Shown here: piece after piece, positions 1-6,921 of the stretch
Position numbering within the stretch: position 1 is the first letter of the stretch
Layout of the letters: each line of letters starts with the position of its first letter
NCBI GenBank assembly: GCA_031425215.1
Contig: JANPIW010000852.1
Location: 1-28,955 of the forward strand
DNA length: 28,955 nucleotides
Source of the DNA: Verrucomicrobiaceae bacterium
Lineage (GTDB): Bacteria; Verrucomicrobiota; Verrucomicrobiia; Verrucomicrobiales; Verrucomicrobiaceae
Direction: 5' to 3'
Notes under the pieces: model-generated
Seen by the model: only the letters and a program-made list of their open reading frames with translations
What the model was told of the DNA's origin: nothing
Databases searched by the model: none
Program-made: the position numbers and the translations under genes

Positions 1-118
1 GAAGAGACACGAATAAAGAGGCTCAGTTCAGAAGGCATTCCATTCGTGTTCATTGGTGTCCATTCGTGGTTCCTCATCCTGCATTCCGAATCTTGAAACA
101 CTCAATCCTCACATTCCT

Positions 119-841
119 ATGAAATCGAAAATCCAACAGCCCCAAGCCCTTGCGGGCGCGGCTACGGCTGACCACCCGCCTGCGCGGGCAGTTGCTCCTG
201 AAAAAGGGAACCTGGAACAGAAAACCGGGAACTCATTTGTCACCGCTACCAACCCTGCCTTGCCCCTTGATGGTGCGTTGGTCATGGCGGACGTTTTGAG
301 AAGCCAGTTTAACGGCCTGGTTGTGATGATCCAAAATATTCCTGCCGGACCTCCGGGGCCGCAGGGTATCCAAGGCATTCAGGGGCCGCCGTTTGCGACG
401 GCCATCATTGATGGTGTGACGACGCTGCCGGCTGGTGAGCAGGCTTGGGTGACTTCGTTCTTTGATGGCACGGATGTGCATTTCTCGTTTGGCATTCCGA
501 TGGGTTTCGTGGGGCAGACTGGCGACACGGGGCCGCAGGGGCCGCCTTTCGCACAGGCGGTGGTGGATGGGGTGACGACGCTGCCTTTCGGTGATCCTGC
601 CTGGGTGACGGTGGGCTTTGATGGAGCGGTGGTGCATTTCTCCTTCGGCATCCCGCAGGGTGAGCAAGGGACGTCGGGTGGGGTGACGATGGCGCAGCTC
701 GATGGAGCGATCAGCGGCACGAGCAGCAACACGAATGCAGTGAGCACCCTCGGCCTGGTCGTGAGCGATCCTCCAACCCAAGCAGAGGTGCAGTCTCTGG
801 CAAACAAAGTGGATGAACTGATCCTGGCACTGCGCAGATGA
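119..841 (+). CDS. Collagen-like repeat protein with an internally duplicated ~45-aa module; possibly tail-fibre-like.
   Basis: ORF track 53..841. The first ATG is at 119 (MKSKIQQ...); codon 53 is an alternative start. G-X-Y runs GPPGPQGIQGIQGPP and GQTGDTGPQGPP are each followed by a near-duplicate module (PPFATAIIDGVTTLPAGEQAWVTSFFDGTDVHFSFGIPMG / PPFAQAVVDGVTTLPFGDPAWVTVGFDGAVVHFSFGIPQG). The C-terminal tail is predicted helical. No signal peptide or SD is seen. Confidence 0.45.
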   Translation: MKSKIQQPQALAGAATADHPPARAVAPEKGNLEQKTGNSFVTATNPALPLDGALVMADVLRSQFNGLVVMIQNIPAGPPGPQGIQGIQGPPFATAIIDGVTTLPAGEQAWVTSFFDGTDVHFSFGIPMGFVGQTGDTGPQGPPFAQAVVDGVTTLPFGDPAWVTVGFDGAVVHFSFGIPQGEQGTSGGVTMAQLDGAISGTSSNTNAVSTLGLVVSDPPTQAEVQSLANKVDELILALRR

Positions 842-842
842 A

Positions 843-1056
843 CATGGAACGCCGACGAGTCGTCGGCTCATCCATGCCCGGAATGCCTGATAGCCGACGA
901 GTCGTCACATTTTGTGATTTCCAGCAGATTCAAGGAGGCCAGCAGATTTCTGATTTGTCTTCATCTGCTGGCCTCCTTGAATCTGCTGGAGACAAAATCG
1001 GTAATCACAAAACTTGATGCCCCGAGGTATAGCCGACGAGTCGTCGGCGTTCCATG
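843..1056. mobile_element. MITE-like non-coding element bounded by ~25-bp inverted repeats.
   Basis: catggaacGCCGACGAGTCGTCGGC at 843-867 is inverted as GCCGACGAGTCGTCGGCgttccatg at 1032-1056. A third partial core copy sits at 893-907. The core is itself an 8-1-8 palindrome. The element lies between the convergent ends of the collagen-like gene and murCB. Confidence 0.35.
921..989. repeat. Perfect 27-bp inverted repeat (hairpin, 15-nt loop) inside the IR-bounded element.
   Basis: ccagcagattcaaggaggccagcagat (921-947) is the exact reverse complement of 963-989. Neither strand has a T-tract after it, so it is not a canonical intrinsic terminator. Confidence 0.7.
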
Positions 1057-1204
1057 ACGGGCACGAACAGCACTTTGAGAAGACAGAGCGGTTGGTCCTC
1101 CATCCGCCGCCAGTGGGCTGCATTTAGCCATGAGGACCTGGCACCGTACCTTTACAGATTCGCATGAGCGTTCTGCCGTCTGGGGGGTGGCTGCCCGCCT
1201 CGGG

Positions 1205-3514
1205 CTACAGCTTCATCGGGTGATCCTCGCCGATGACCTTCACTTCCAGCTCAAGCTGGATGCCGCGCTCGCGGAGGGCGGCCTCTTTGATGTCGTCGAT
1301 GAGATCGAGCACCTCGCGCGCGGTGGCGTGGCCGGCGTTGACGATGAAGTTTCCATGCACGTCGGACACGATGGCTTTGCCCACGCCGGTGCCTTTGAGC
1401 TTCAGCTCATCGACGAGTTTCCCGGCCTGCGCGGGCAGCGGGTTTTTGAAAACGCATCCCGCGCTTGCGCCGATGGGCTGTGACTCTCGGCGCTTCGCAT
1501 GTGAGGCGGCGAGCTTGGCGTCGATCTCATCGAGCGGCGCGGGTTTGCCTTCGAGCACAGCGGAGACGACAAAGCGCTCCTCGAACTCGGGCACGCTGCG
1601 GTAGTTCGCGGTGATCTCGGCTGCGGTCTTTTCTTTGATGGTGCCGTCGCTGTCGATGAAGCGCACGCTCACGATCTGGTCGAAGGTCTGCGTGCCCATC
1701 GCGCCGGCGTTCATGCGGATCGCGCCGCCGAGATTTCCCGGGATGCCTTCCATCCACTCGAACCCGCCGATGCCCGCCGCGCGCGCGGAGCTGGCGACCT
1801 TTTTCAAGCGCGCGCCGACGCCGACGGTGAGGCGGTTGCCATTGGCCGTGACGTTCTCCAGCTCGCCCTTCGACGGGTGGATCACCGCGCCACGGATGCC
1901 GCCGTCTTTGACGAGAAGATTCGAGCCGCGCCCGATCACGCGGATGGGCACCGCAGCGCCGCGCAAGTAACGCACGATCTCTGCAAAGCCGCCCTCGGTG
2001 CGAGGCTCCACCCAATACTGCGCCGGGCCGCCGATGCGAAAGGTGGTGTGCAACGCCATCGGCTCATACAAGCGCGCCACGCCGCCGCCGTGGTGATCGA
2101 GGATGGCACAGAGCTGCTCGATCACTTTCAAATCACGCGCGATGCACGCGCCGACCTCGTGGACATTGCCCGCGCCGAGAGTGATGAGCAGATCGCCAGG
2201 CCGGATCGCATTGCCGACGATGTCGCGCGCGACGGGCATCGTGGGTGTGGAGTGACATGGGATTTTGGTGCGTGCGCGCACTTCATTCAGAATGGTCTCA
2301 CCGCTCACGCCGGGCAGCGGTTTCTCGCTCGCAGGATAGATGTCGGTGACGAACAGCTCGTCCACGTCATCGAAGGCCTCGCCGAACTCCTTCTTCAAAA
2401 GCTGTGTGCGCGAGAAGCGATGCGGCTGGAAGAGGCAGAGGATGCGCTTCGGATTCAGCCCCTTCGCCGTGGCCAGCGTGGCTTTCACCTCGCTGGGATG
2501 ATGGCCGTAGTCATCGATGACGGTGAAGCGCTCTCCCGAATGCCTGATCTCAAAACGCCGCCGCGCGCCGCGGAAACTTTGCAGCGCGTGTTTGATCAAA
2601 TCAAAGCTCACACCGAGCCGCATCGCGAGCGCGATGGCGGCGAGCGCGTTGGAGACATTGTGCTTGCCCGGAATGCCCAGTGTGGCCTCACCGAGTTTCT
2701 CTCCACCAGCGAAGACCTCGAAGTCCGTTTGAGCGGGCCGCATCGCGGTGATGTTCGCGGAGAAATCCATGCTGCGATCCCAGCCATAGCTCACGGAGTT
2801 CGGCTGCCCGGCGCACACCTCGCGCGCCACGGGATCCTCGGCGCAGTAAATCCAATGGCCGCTCGTCTGGCTGAGCAGTTGGCGGAACACCACTTTGATC
2901 GCCTCGATGTCGGCGTAAAAATCCAGGTGCTCCGGCTCGATGTTCAAGATGATCGAGTGACGCGGGTGGAAATTCACGAGCGTGCCGTCGCTCTCATCGC
3001 CCTCCGCGACGAACAGCTCCCCTTCCCTGTCCCAATGCGCGTTCGTCCCTAGGATCGGAATCTCAGCGCCGACGTAATGCGATGGTTTCAGCCCGCCTTG
3101 TCTCAAAACATGCGCCGTCAGCGCCGAGGTCGTGGTTTTGCCGTGCGTGCCCGCCACGATGACCCCCTGCTTGCACGCCATCACCGCGGCCAGTGCCTCC
3201 GCGCGACGCACCAGCGGGATGCCTTCTTTGAATGCGGCCTCATACGCCACATTGCCCGGCTTGATCGCCGAGGAGTAAATGACCATGTCGCAATCCTCCA
3301 CCTCGCGCTCGCAGTGCGGTGAGAAAAACTTCAGCCCCATTTTCTCCAGCCGCTCCGTCTCCAGCGTCGTCACCTTGTCAGAGCCGCGCACCGCGTGCCC
3401 GAGGCCGATGAGCAGAGAAGCCAGCCCGCTCATGCCCGAGCCAGCGACACCGATGAGATCGATGGTCATCGGATGACGGTTTTCTTTCAAGATGCTGAGG
3501 ACGGGATGGATCAT
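1205..3514 (-). CDS. murC-murB: Bifunctional MurC-MurB fusion: UDP-N-acetylmuramate--L-alanine ligase plus UDP-N-acetylenolpyruvoylglucosamine reductase.
   Basis: The N-terminus carries the Mur-ligase signature IGVAGSGMSGLA...GTHGKTTTSA. The C-terminal ~300 aa is MurB-like (FAD-binding RIGGPAQYWV...RVIGRGSNLL...AGCVFKNP). The ORF track starts at a TTG at 3565. ATG options are 3514 (MIHPV...) and 3469 (MTIDLIG...); the latter matches canonical MurC N-termini. Confidence 0.85.
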   Translation of the reverse strand: MIHPVLSILKENRHPMTIDLIGVAGSGMSGLASLLIGLGHAVRGSDKVTTLETERLEKMGLKFFSPHCEREVEDCDMVIYSSAIKPGNVAYEAAFKEGIPLVRRAEALAAVMACKQGVIVAGTHGKTTTSALTAHVLRQGGLKPSHYVGAEIPILGTNAHWDREGELFVAEGDESDGTLVNFHPRHSIILNIEPEHLDFYADIEAIKVVFRQLLSQTSGHWIYCAEDPVAREVCAGQPNSVSYGWDRSMDFSANITAMRPAQTDFEVFAGGEKLGEATLGIPGKHNVSNALAAIALAMRLGVSFDLIKHALQSFRGARRRFEIRHSGERFTVIDDYGHHPSEVKATLATAKGLNPKRILCLFQPHRFSRTQLLKKEFGEAFDDVDELFVTDIYPASEKPLPGVSGETILNEVRARTKIPCHSTPTMPVARDIVGNAIRPGDLLITLGAGNVHEVGACIARDLKVIEQLCAILDHHGGGVARLYEPMALHTTFRIGGPAQYWVEPRTEGGFAEIVRYLRGAAVPIRVIGRGSNLLVKDGGIRGAVIHPSKGELENVTANGNRLTVGVGARLKKVASSARAAGIGGFEWMEGIPGNLGGAIRMNAGAMGTQTFDQIVSVRFIDSDGTIKEKTAAEITANYRSVPEFEERFVVSAVLEGKPAPLDEIDAKLAASHAKRRESQPIGASAGCVFKNPLPAQAGKLVDELKLKGTGVGKAIVSDVHGNFIVNAGHATAREVLDLIDDIKEAALRERGIQLELEVKVIGEDHPMKL

Positions 3515-3578
3515 GGCGGCGGATGAAATGAGCGCGGAGCGTAGCTGTGGAAGCGACGGCGGCAACTTGCGAGCGTCG

Positions 3579-3842
3579 TCAATACCTCACGCGCTGGATG
3601 TCCACGACACGCAATTCATCGACTGCCCCGTCATGCCACCAGGTGATGAGGAAAGGGTGCGCGGCGCTTACGTTCAGGTGTCGGCCTGACTTGTCAGTCA
3701 GCGCGTATTCAGATGCCTCCAACCAGTGATGGTCACGCAACCGTTCCAGCGACAGGAGCACTCTCCTGCGGACCGAGCCGCGCAATGAGAGCAGGAAATG
3801 CAGCGCACTTTCCTCGAGGACTAGTGACGGCGAGGCTGCCAT
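3579..3842 (-). CDS. Putative RelE/ParE-family type II toxin.
   Basis: 87 aa. The start lies 2 nt after the stop of the upstream small gene. The C-terminus HPFLITWWHDGAVDELRVVDIQRVRY follows the RelE/ParE tail pattern (..RiiY...v.Vl.I.hR.d.Y). Confidence 0.5.
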   Translation of the reverse strand: MAASPSLVLEESALHFLLSLRGSVRRRVLLSLERLRDHHWLEASEYALTDKSGRHLNVSAAHPFLITWWHDGAVDELRVVDIQRVRY

Positions 3843-3844
3843 GT

Positions 3845-4057
3845 TTACCAGCCTTCCCGTTCGAGGCTTTCGTGCATCCGTACGGCTTGTTCGAGGGTGA
3901 ACTTCTTCCCGGCCTCAATTCGATCACCACGAGCCGCCAGCTCCCCGAGATACACGTCGTCTCGCGAATTCGCCAGATGTTGCAAATAGGCAGCGGCAAG
4001 AAAACGGTCCTCGTCGGACATCGCATCAATCTGGCTCTTAATCTCTGTCAGGCTCAT
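3845..4057 (-). CDS. Putative antitoxin, resembling the addiction-module-component family (TIGR02574-type).
   Basis: MSLTEIKSQIDAMSDEDRFLAAAYLQHL...EAGKKFTLEQAVRMHESLEREGW is a small acidic helical protein immediately upstream of the toxin ORF. The start is ambiguous: ATG at 4057, ATG at 4087, or GTG at 4099. Confidence 0.5.
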   Translation of the reverse strand: MSLTEIKSQIDAMSDEDRFLAAAYLQHLANSRDDVYLGELAARGDRIEAGKKFTLEQAVRMHESLEREGW

Positions 4058-4146
4058 GAAGCGGATGATAGAGGACACCGGTTTCATTTCAACTGACACG
4101 ATGGCGGCATTTCCCGTGGCTGCGGCATTGTGCCGCGGTCCGTCCT

Positions 4147-4218
4147 GGCGGCTTTCAGCCGCCTGTCTGAGGTTCGGGTGGCTGGAAGCCTCCGAGACGG
4201 GCTGCGGCAGAATGCCGC
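4147..4218. repeat. Two short hairpins in the murG/antitoxin spacer, possibly an operator or processing sites.
   Basis: ggcggc-tttca-gccgcc at 4147-4163 and tgcggca-gaa-tgccgca at 4202-4218. Neither has a U-tract on either strand. Confidence 0.4.
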
Positions 4219-4225
4219 AACTACT

Positions 4226-5497
4226 TTACTGGCGCTGCTTCTCCGCGAGTTCCTCGATGGCAGCCGCGATTTGATCGGCGGAATCGCGCACGGCCAGTTT
4301 CATCGCGGCGGTTCTCATTTCCTTGGTGACGCTCTCGTTCATCATGATTTCGCGCACGGCATCGACGAGGTTCGTGGCATTGATCTCGGACTCGGGCAGC
4401 AATCTCGCGGCACCTGCGTCGGCGAATATCTCCGCGTTCTTTGTTTGATGATCGTCAGCGGCAAACGGATACGGCACGAGCAAACTCGGCAGACCAAACC
4501 ATGCGAACTCCGTGAGCGTGGACGCGCCGGCGCGCGCGATGGCGAGATCGGTGGCCTGATACGCCAGCTCCATGCGGTGGCAGAACGCGGCGACATGTTG
4601 CGGCAACAGCGGGTGCTTCGCGTAGGAGTCACGCACTTCGACATAGTCGGACGGACCGGCGATGTGGAGCACCTGGATGCCGAGGCGCTCGAATTGATCC
4701 AGAGCCATGCACACCACGCGGTTCACTCCACGCGCGCCCTGGCTGCCACCCATGATGAGCAGCGTTTTCTTCGCGGGATCGAGTTTGAAAAACGCGTGCG
4801 CATCCTCGCGCGCCTGCTGCCTCATGCCGCCGCGGATCGGTGTGCCGACGAATCGCACATCGTTGTGCTTTGGAAAATGCGCGCGGCATGAGTCGAGACC
4901 CACCAGCACCACGTCACTCCAGCGCGCGGTGAGCCGGTTGGCTTTTCCTGGCACGGCGTTCGAGTCGTGGATGAGCGTGGCACGCTTCTCCTGCCGTCCC
5001 GCGAGCACGGGCGCGAGCGATGTGAATCCGCCCATGCCGAGCACGACATCGATCTTCCGATCACGGATCATCGCGCGGCATTGACGCAGCCCTTTCCAGG
5101 TGCCGGACAAAAAGGAGATCATTTTCGGCGACCAGGGTTTCGGCATGGCGAGGAATGGCATGCGCTCGAATTTCATCGACGCATGACCCGACGCTGCGAG
5201 CGCGTCGATTTTCTTCTCACTGATCAGCAGGGTGACATCATGCCCGCGCTGGATGAGCGTCTCTCCGACTGCGATTCCGGGAAACAAGTGTCCGCCGGTG
5301 CCACCACACGCGATGAGAACGCGGAGACGCGAAGGCGGCGCCACCCGCCTGGTTGCGCCCGGAGCTTCAGACAAGCCGGCGGCTTGATCCACCCTCAAAC
5401 CCGGCAACTCATCCGCCACGTCATCGACTCCGCGCCTGACAGCCGGTCTCGTCGCACCATTGCCTCCACCGCCGCCTCTGTTTTTCTTCTTCGCCAC
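4226..5497 (-). CDS. murG: MurG, the undecaprenyl-PP-MurNAc-pentapeptide GlcNAc transferase, with a basic Gly/Arg/Lys-rich N-terminal extension of ~55 aa.
   Basis: RVLIACGGTGGHLFPGIAVGE is the canonical MurG N-terminal motif, but here it begins at residue ~57. The start is a GTG at 5497 with GAGG 4 nt upstream. There is no internal ATG before the G-loop. Confidence 0.85.
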   Translation of the reverse strand: MAKKKNRGGGGGNGATRPAVRRGVDDVADELPGLRVDQAAGLSEAPGATRRVAPPSRLRVLIACGGTGGHLFPGIAVGETLIQRGHDVTLLISEKKIDALAASGHASMKFERMPFLAMPKPWSPKMISFLSGTWKGLRQCRAMIRDRKIDVVLGMGGFTSLAPVLAGRQEKRATLIHDSNAVPGKANRLTARWSDVVLVGLDSCRAHFPKHNDVRFVGTPIRGGMRQQAREDAHAFFKLDPAKKTLLIMGGSQGARGVNRVVCMALDQFERLGIQVLHIAGPSDYVEVRDSYAKHPLLPQHVAAFCHRMELAYQATDLAIARAGASTLTEFAWFGLPSLLVPYPFAADDHQTKNAEIFADAGAARLLPESEINATNLVDAVREIMMNESVTKEMRTAAMKLAVRDSADQIAAAIEELAEKQRQ

Positions 5498-5503
5498 GAC
5501 GCC

Positions 5504-5637
5504 TCAGTTATGCGGAGTGTAGGAATGCGCAGTGCGGATCACAGGCAGTTGGCCCCATACGAGGTGGGTTTCCTGGTGACGGATGTGATACGACAAATCA
5601 ATAGCAATCATGGTGGATCAGAGCCGACACCGTAGCT
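5504..5637 (-). repeat. Decayed direct duplicate of the last ~135 bp of ftsW, including a relic stop 6 nt before the murG start.
   Basis: The minus-sense strand of the spacer reads agctacggtgtcggctctg...tggggccaactgcctgtgatccgcactgcg...ataactga. The ftsW 3' end reads agctacgtcggctccagc...tgggatcagctaccggtgatccgcaggaaa...cagatctga. By eye about two-thirds are identical. It encodes a 35-codon remnant ORF (5504-5611) ending ...QLPVIRTAHSYTPHN. Confidence 0.45.
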
Positions 5638-5682
5638 CACCCTCCGCGAAGGCAAGTTGATGTTTGACTCCAAATTCACCAA

Positions 5683-6825
5683 TCAGATCTGCGGTGTGAA
5701 GCGGTGTTTCCTGCGGATCACCGGTAGCTGATCCCAGGAGACGTGGACGCCCTGGCGGTGGATGTTGAGCAGGATGCCGATGATGATCATGGCGGCGACG
5801 AGGCTGGAGCCGACGTAGCTCACGAAGGGCAGAGGCAGGCCTTTGTTGGGCAGCAAGGATGTGGTGACGCCCATGTTGAGCAGGGCCTCCATGCTGAGCA
5901 GCAGCGTGAGGCCAAAGCCGAGGAGCTTGCCGAAGCGATCAGGCGCGCACGACGAGATGCTCATGCCGGCGATAAGGATGAAGACAAACATGAGCACGGT
6001 GCCGATGACGGCGTAAAGGCCGAGCTCCTCTCCGACGACGGGGAAGATGAAATCGGTGTGCGCCTCGGGGAGGTAATCGAGCTTCATGCGTCCATCACCA
6101 AGACCGAGACCTCTGATGCCGCCGCTGCCGAAGGCGAGCTGGGCGACCCATTGCTGGAGGCCGTAGGTGTCTTTGTATTTCTCGAGGTCATACACGGAGA
6201 TGATGCGGGCCATGCGATTCGGGTAATAGTGAATCGCCCCGGCGAGTGCGCTGCCGGCGGCGAGCACGCTGATCAATAGATAATGCCAGCGTGTGCCGGC
6301 GACGAACATGATCGACAGACCGACGGCGGCCGCGAGCGATGCATTGCCGAGGTCTGGCTCCATGCCGATGGGCAGCACGACGACGGCGAGGATGAGGCCC
6401 GGCAAAATGAAGCCGCGCGTGAAGGTGGATGTCGTGGCTTCATTGCGCGCGAACCACGCGGCAAGCGCGATGACGACGGCGATCTTGGCAAACTCCGAAG
6501 GCTGGACGCGCAGTCCGCCCACGCCGAGCCAGCGCGTGGCGCCGTTGATCGTGAAACCCACCCCAGGCACGAGCACGAGTGCGAGGAGAAACCCCGCGAC
6601 ACCGAGAACGTGCCAGCGCCAGCGCTGGAAGCGGCTGTAATCAAACATGGCAAAGAACGCGCAACCCAACGCGCCGATGCCGAGGTATTTGATCTGCTTC
6701 CAGAGCGTGAAGTATTCCTCGCCTCTTCCTTCCTCAATGAAGTACGTCGTGCTGGCCAGCATGACCAAACCCAAGGTCACGAGGAGGCAGACGGCCAGGA
6801 TGAGGAGGAGGAAGGTGGCTTTCAT
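5683..6825 (-). CDS. ftsW: FtsW, the SEDS-family peptidoglycan polymerase/lipid II flippase.
   Basis: 380 aa, ~10 TM, and typical SEDS blocks (FVVLPIGMEPDLG, GLQQW). ATG at 6825. Confidence 0.85.
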   Translation of the reverse strand: MKATFLLLILAVCLLVTLGLVMLASTTYFIEEGRGEEYFTLWKQIKYLGIGALGCAFFAMFDYSRFQRWRWHVLGVAGFLLALVLVPGVGFTINGATRWLGVGGLRVQPSEFAKIAVVIALAAWFARNEATTSTFTRGFILPGLILAVVVLPIGMEPDLGNASLAAAVGLSIMFVAGTRWHYLLISVLAAGSALAGAIHYYPNRMARIISVYDLEKYKDTYGLQQWVAQLAFGSGGIRGLGLGDGRMKLDYLPEAHTDFIFPVVGEELGLYAVIGTVLMFVFILIAGMSISSCAPDRFGKLLGFGLTLLLSMEALLNMGVTTSLLPNKGLPLPFVSYVGSSLVAAMIIIGILLNIHRQGVHVSWDQLPVIRRKHRFTPQI

Positions 6826-6870
6826 GAGAGAGGCGTAGAGGAGTAGAGCGTTAGAGCCTTAGGTCTAAGT

Positions 6871-6893
6871 GCGAAGTGCTCAGTGCACTTCGC
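6871..6893. repeat. Hairpin in the LysM-gene/ftsW spacer.
   Basis: gcgaagtgc-tcagt-gcacttcgc. No flanking U-tract. Confidence 0.4.
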
Positions 6894-6921
6894 GCTATGA
6901 TCTTTTCTCTCCGCATGTCGC

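Noticed and set aside
905-1123. 72-aa minus-strand ORF.
   Set aside because: It lies entirely within the inverted-repeat/hairpin element; its translation is dictated by the palindromes.
1877-3052. 391-aa plus-strand ORF (and 1130..1483, 1233..1604, 1611..1970).
   Set aside because: It is antisense to the clearly conserved murC-murB gene. Its Arg/Ala-rich composition is typical of high-GC antisense artefacts.
4130-4891. 253-aa plus-strand ORF, plus 4707..5084 and 4967..5635.
   Set aside because: It is antisense to or overlapping murG. No recognisable motifs.
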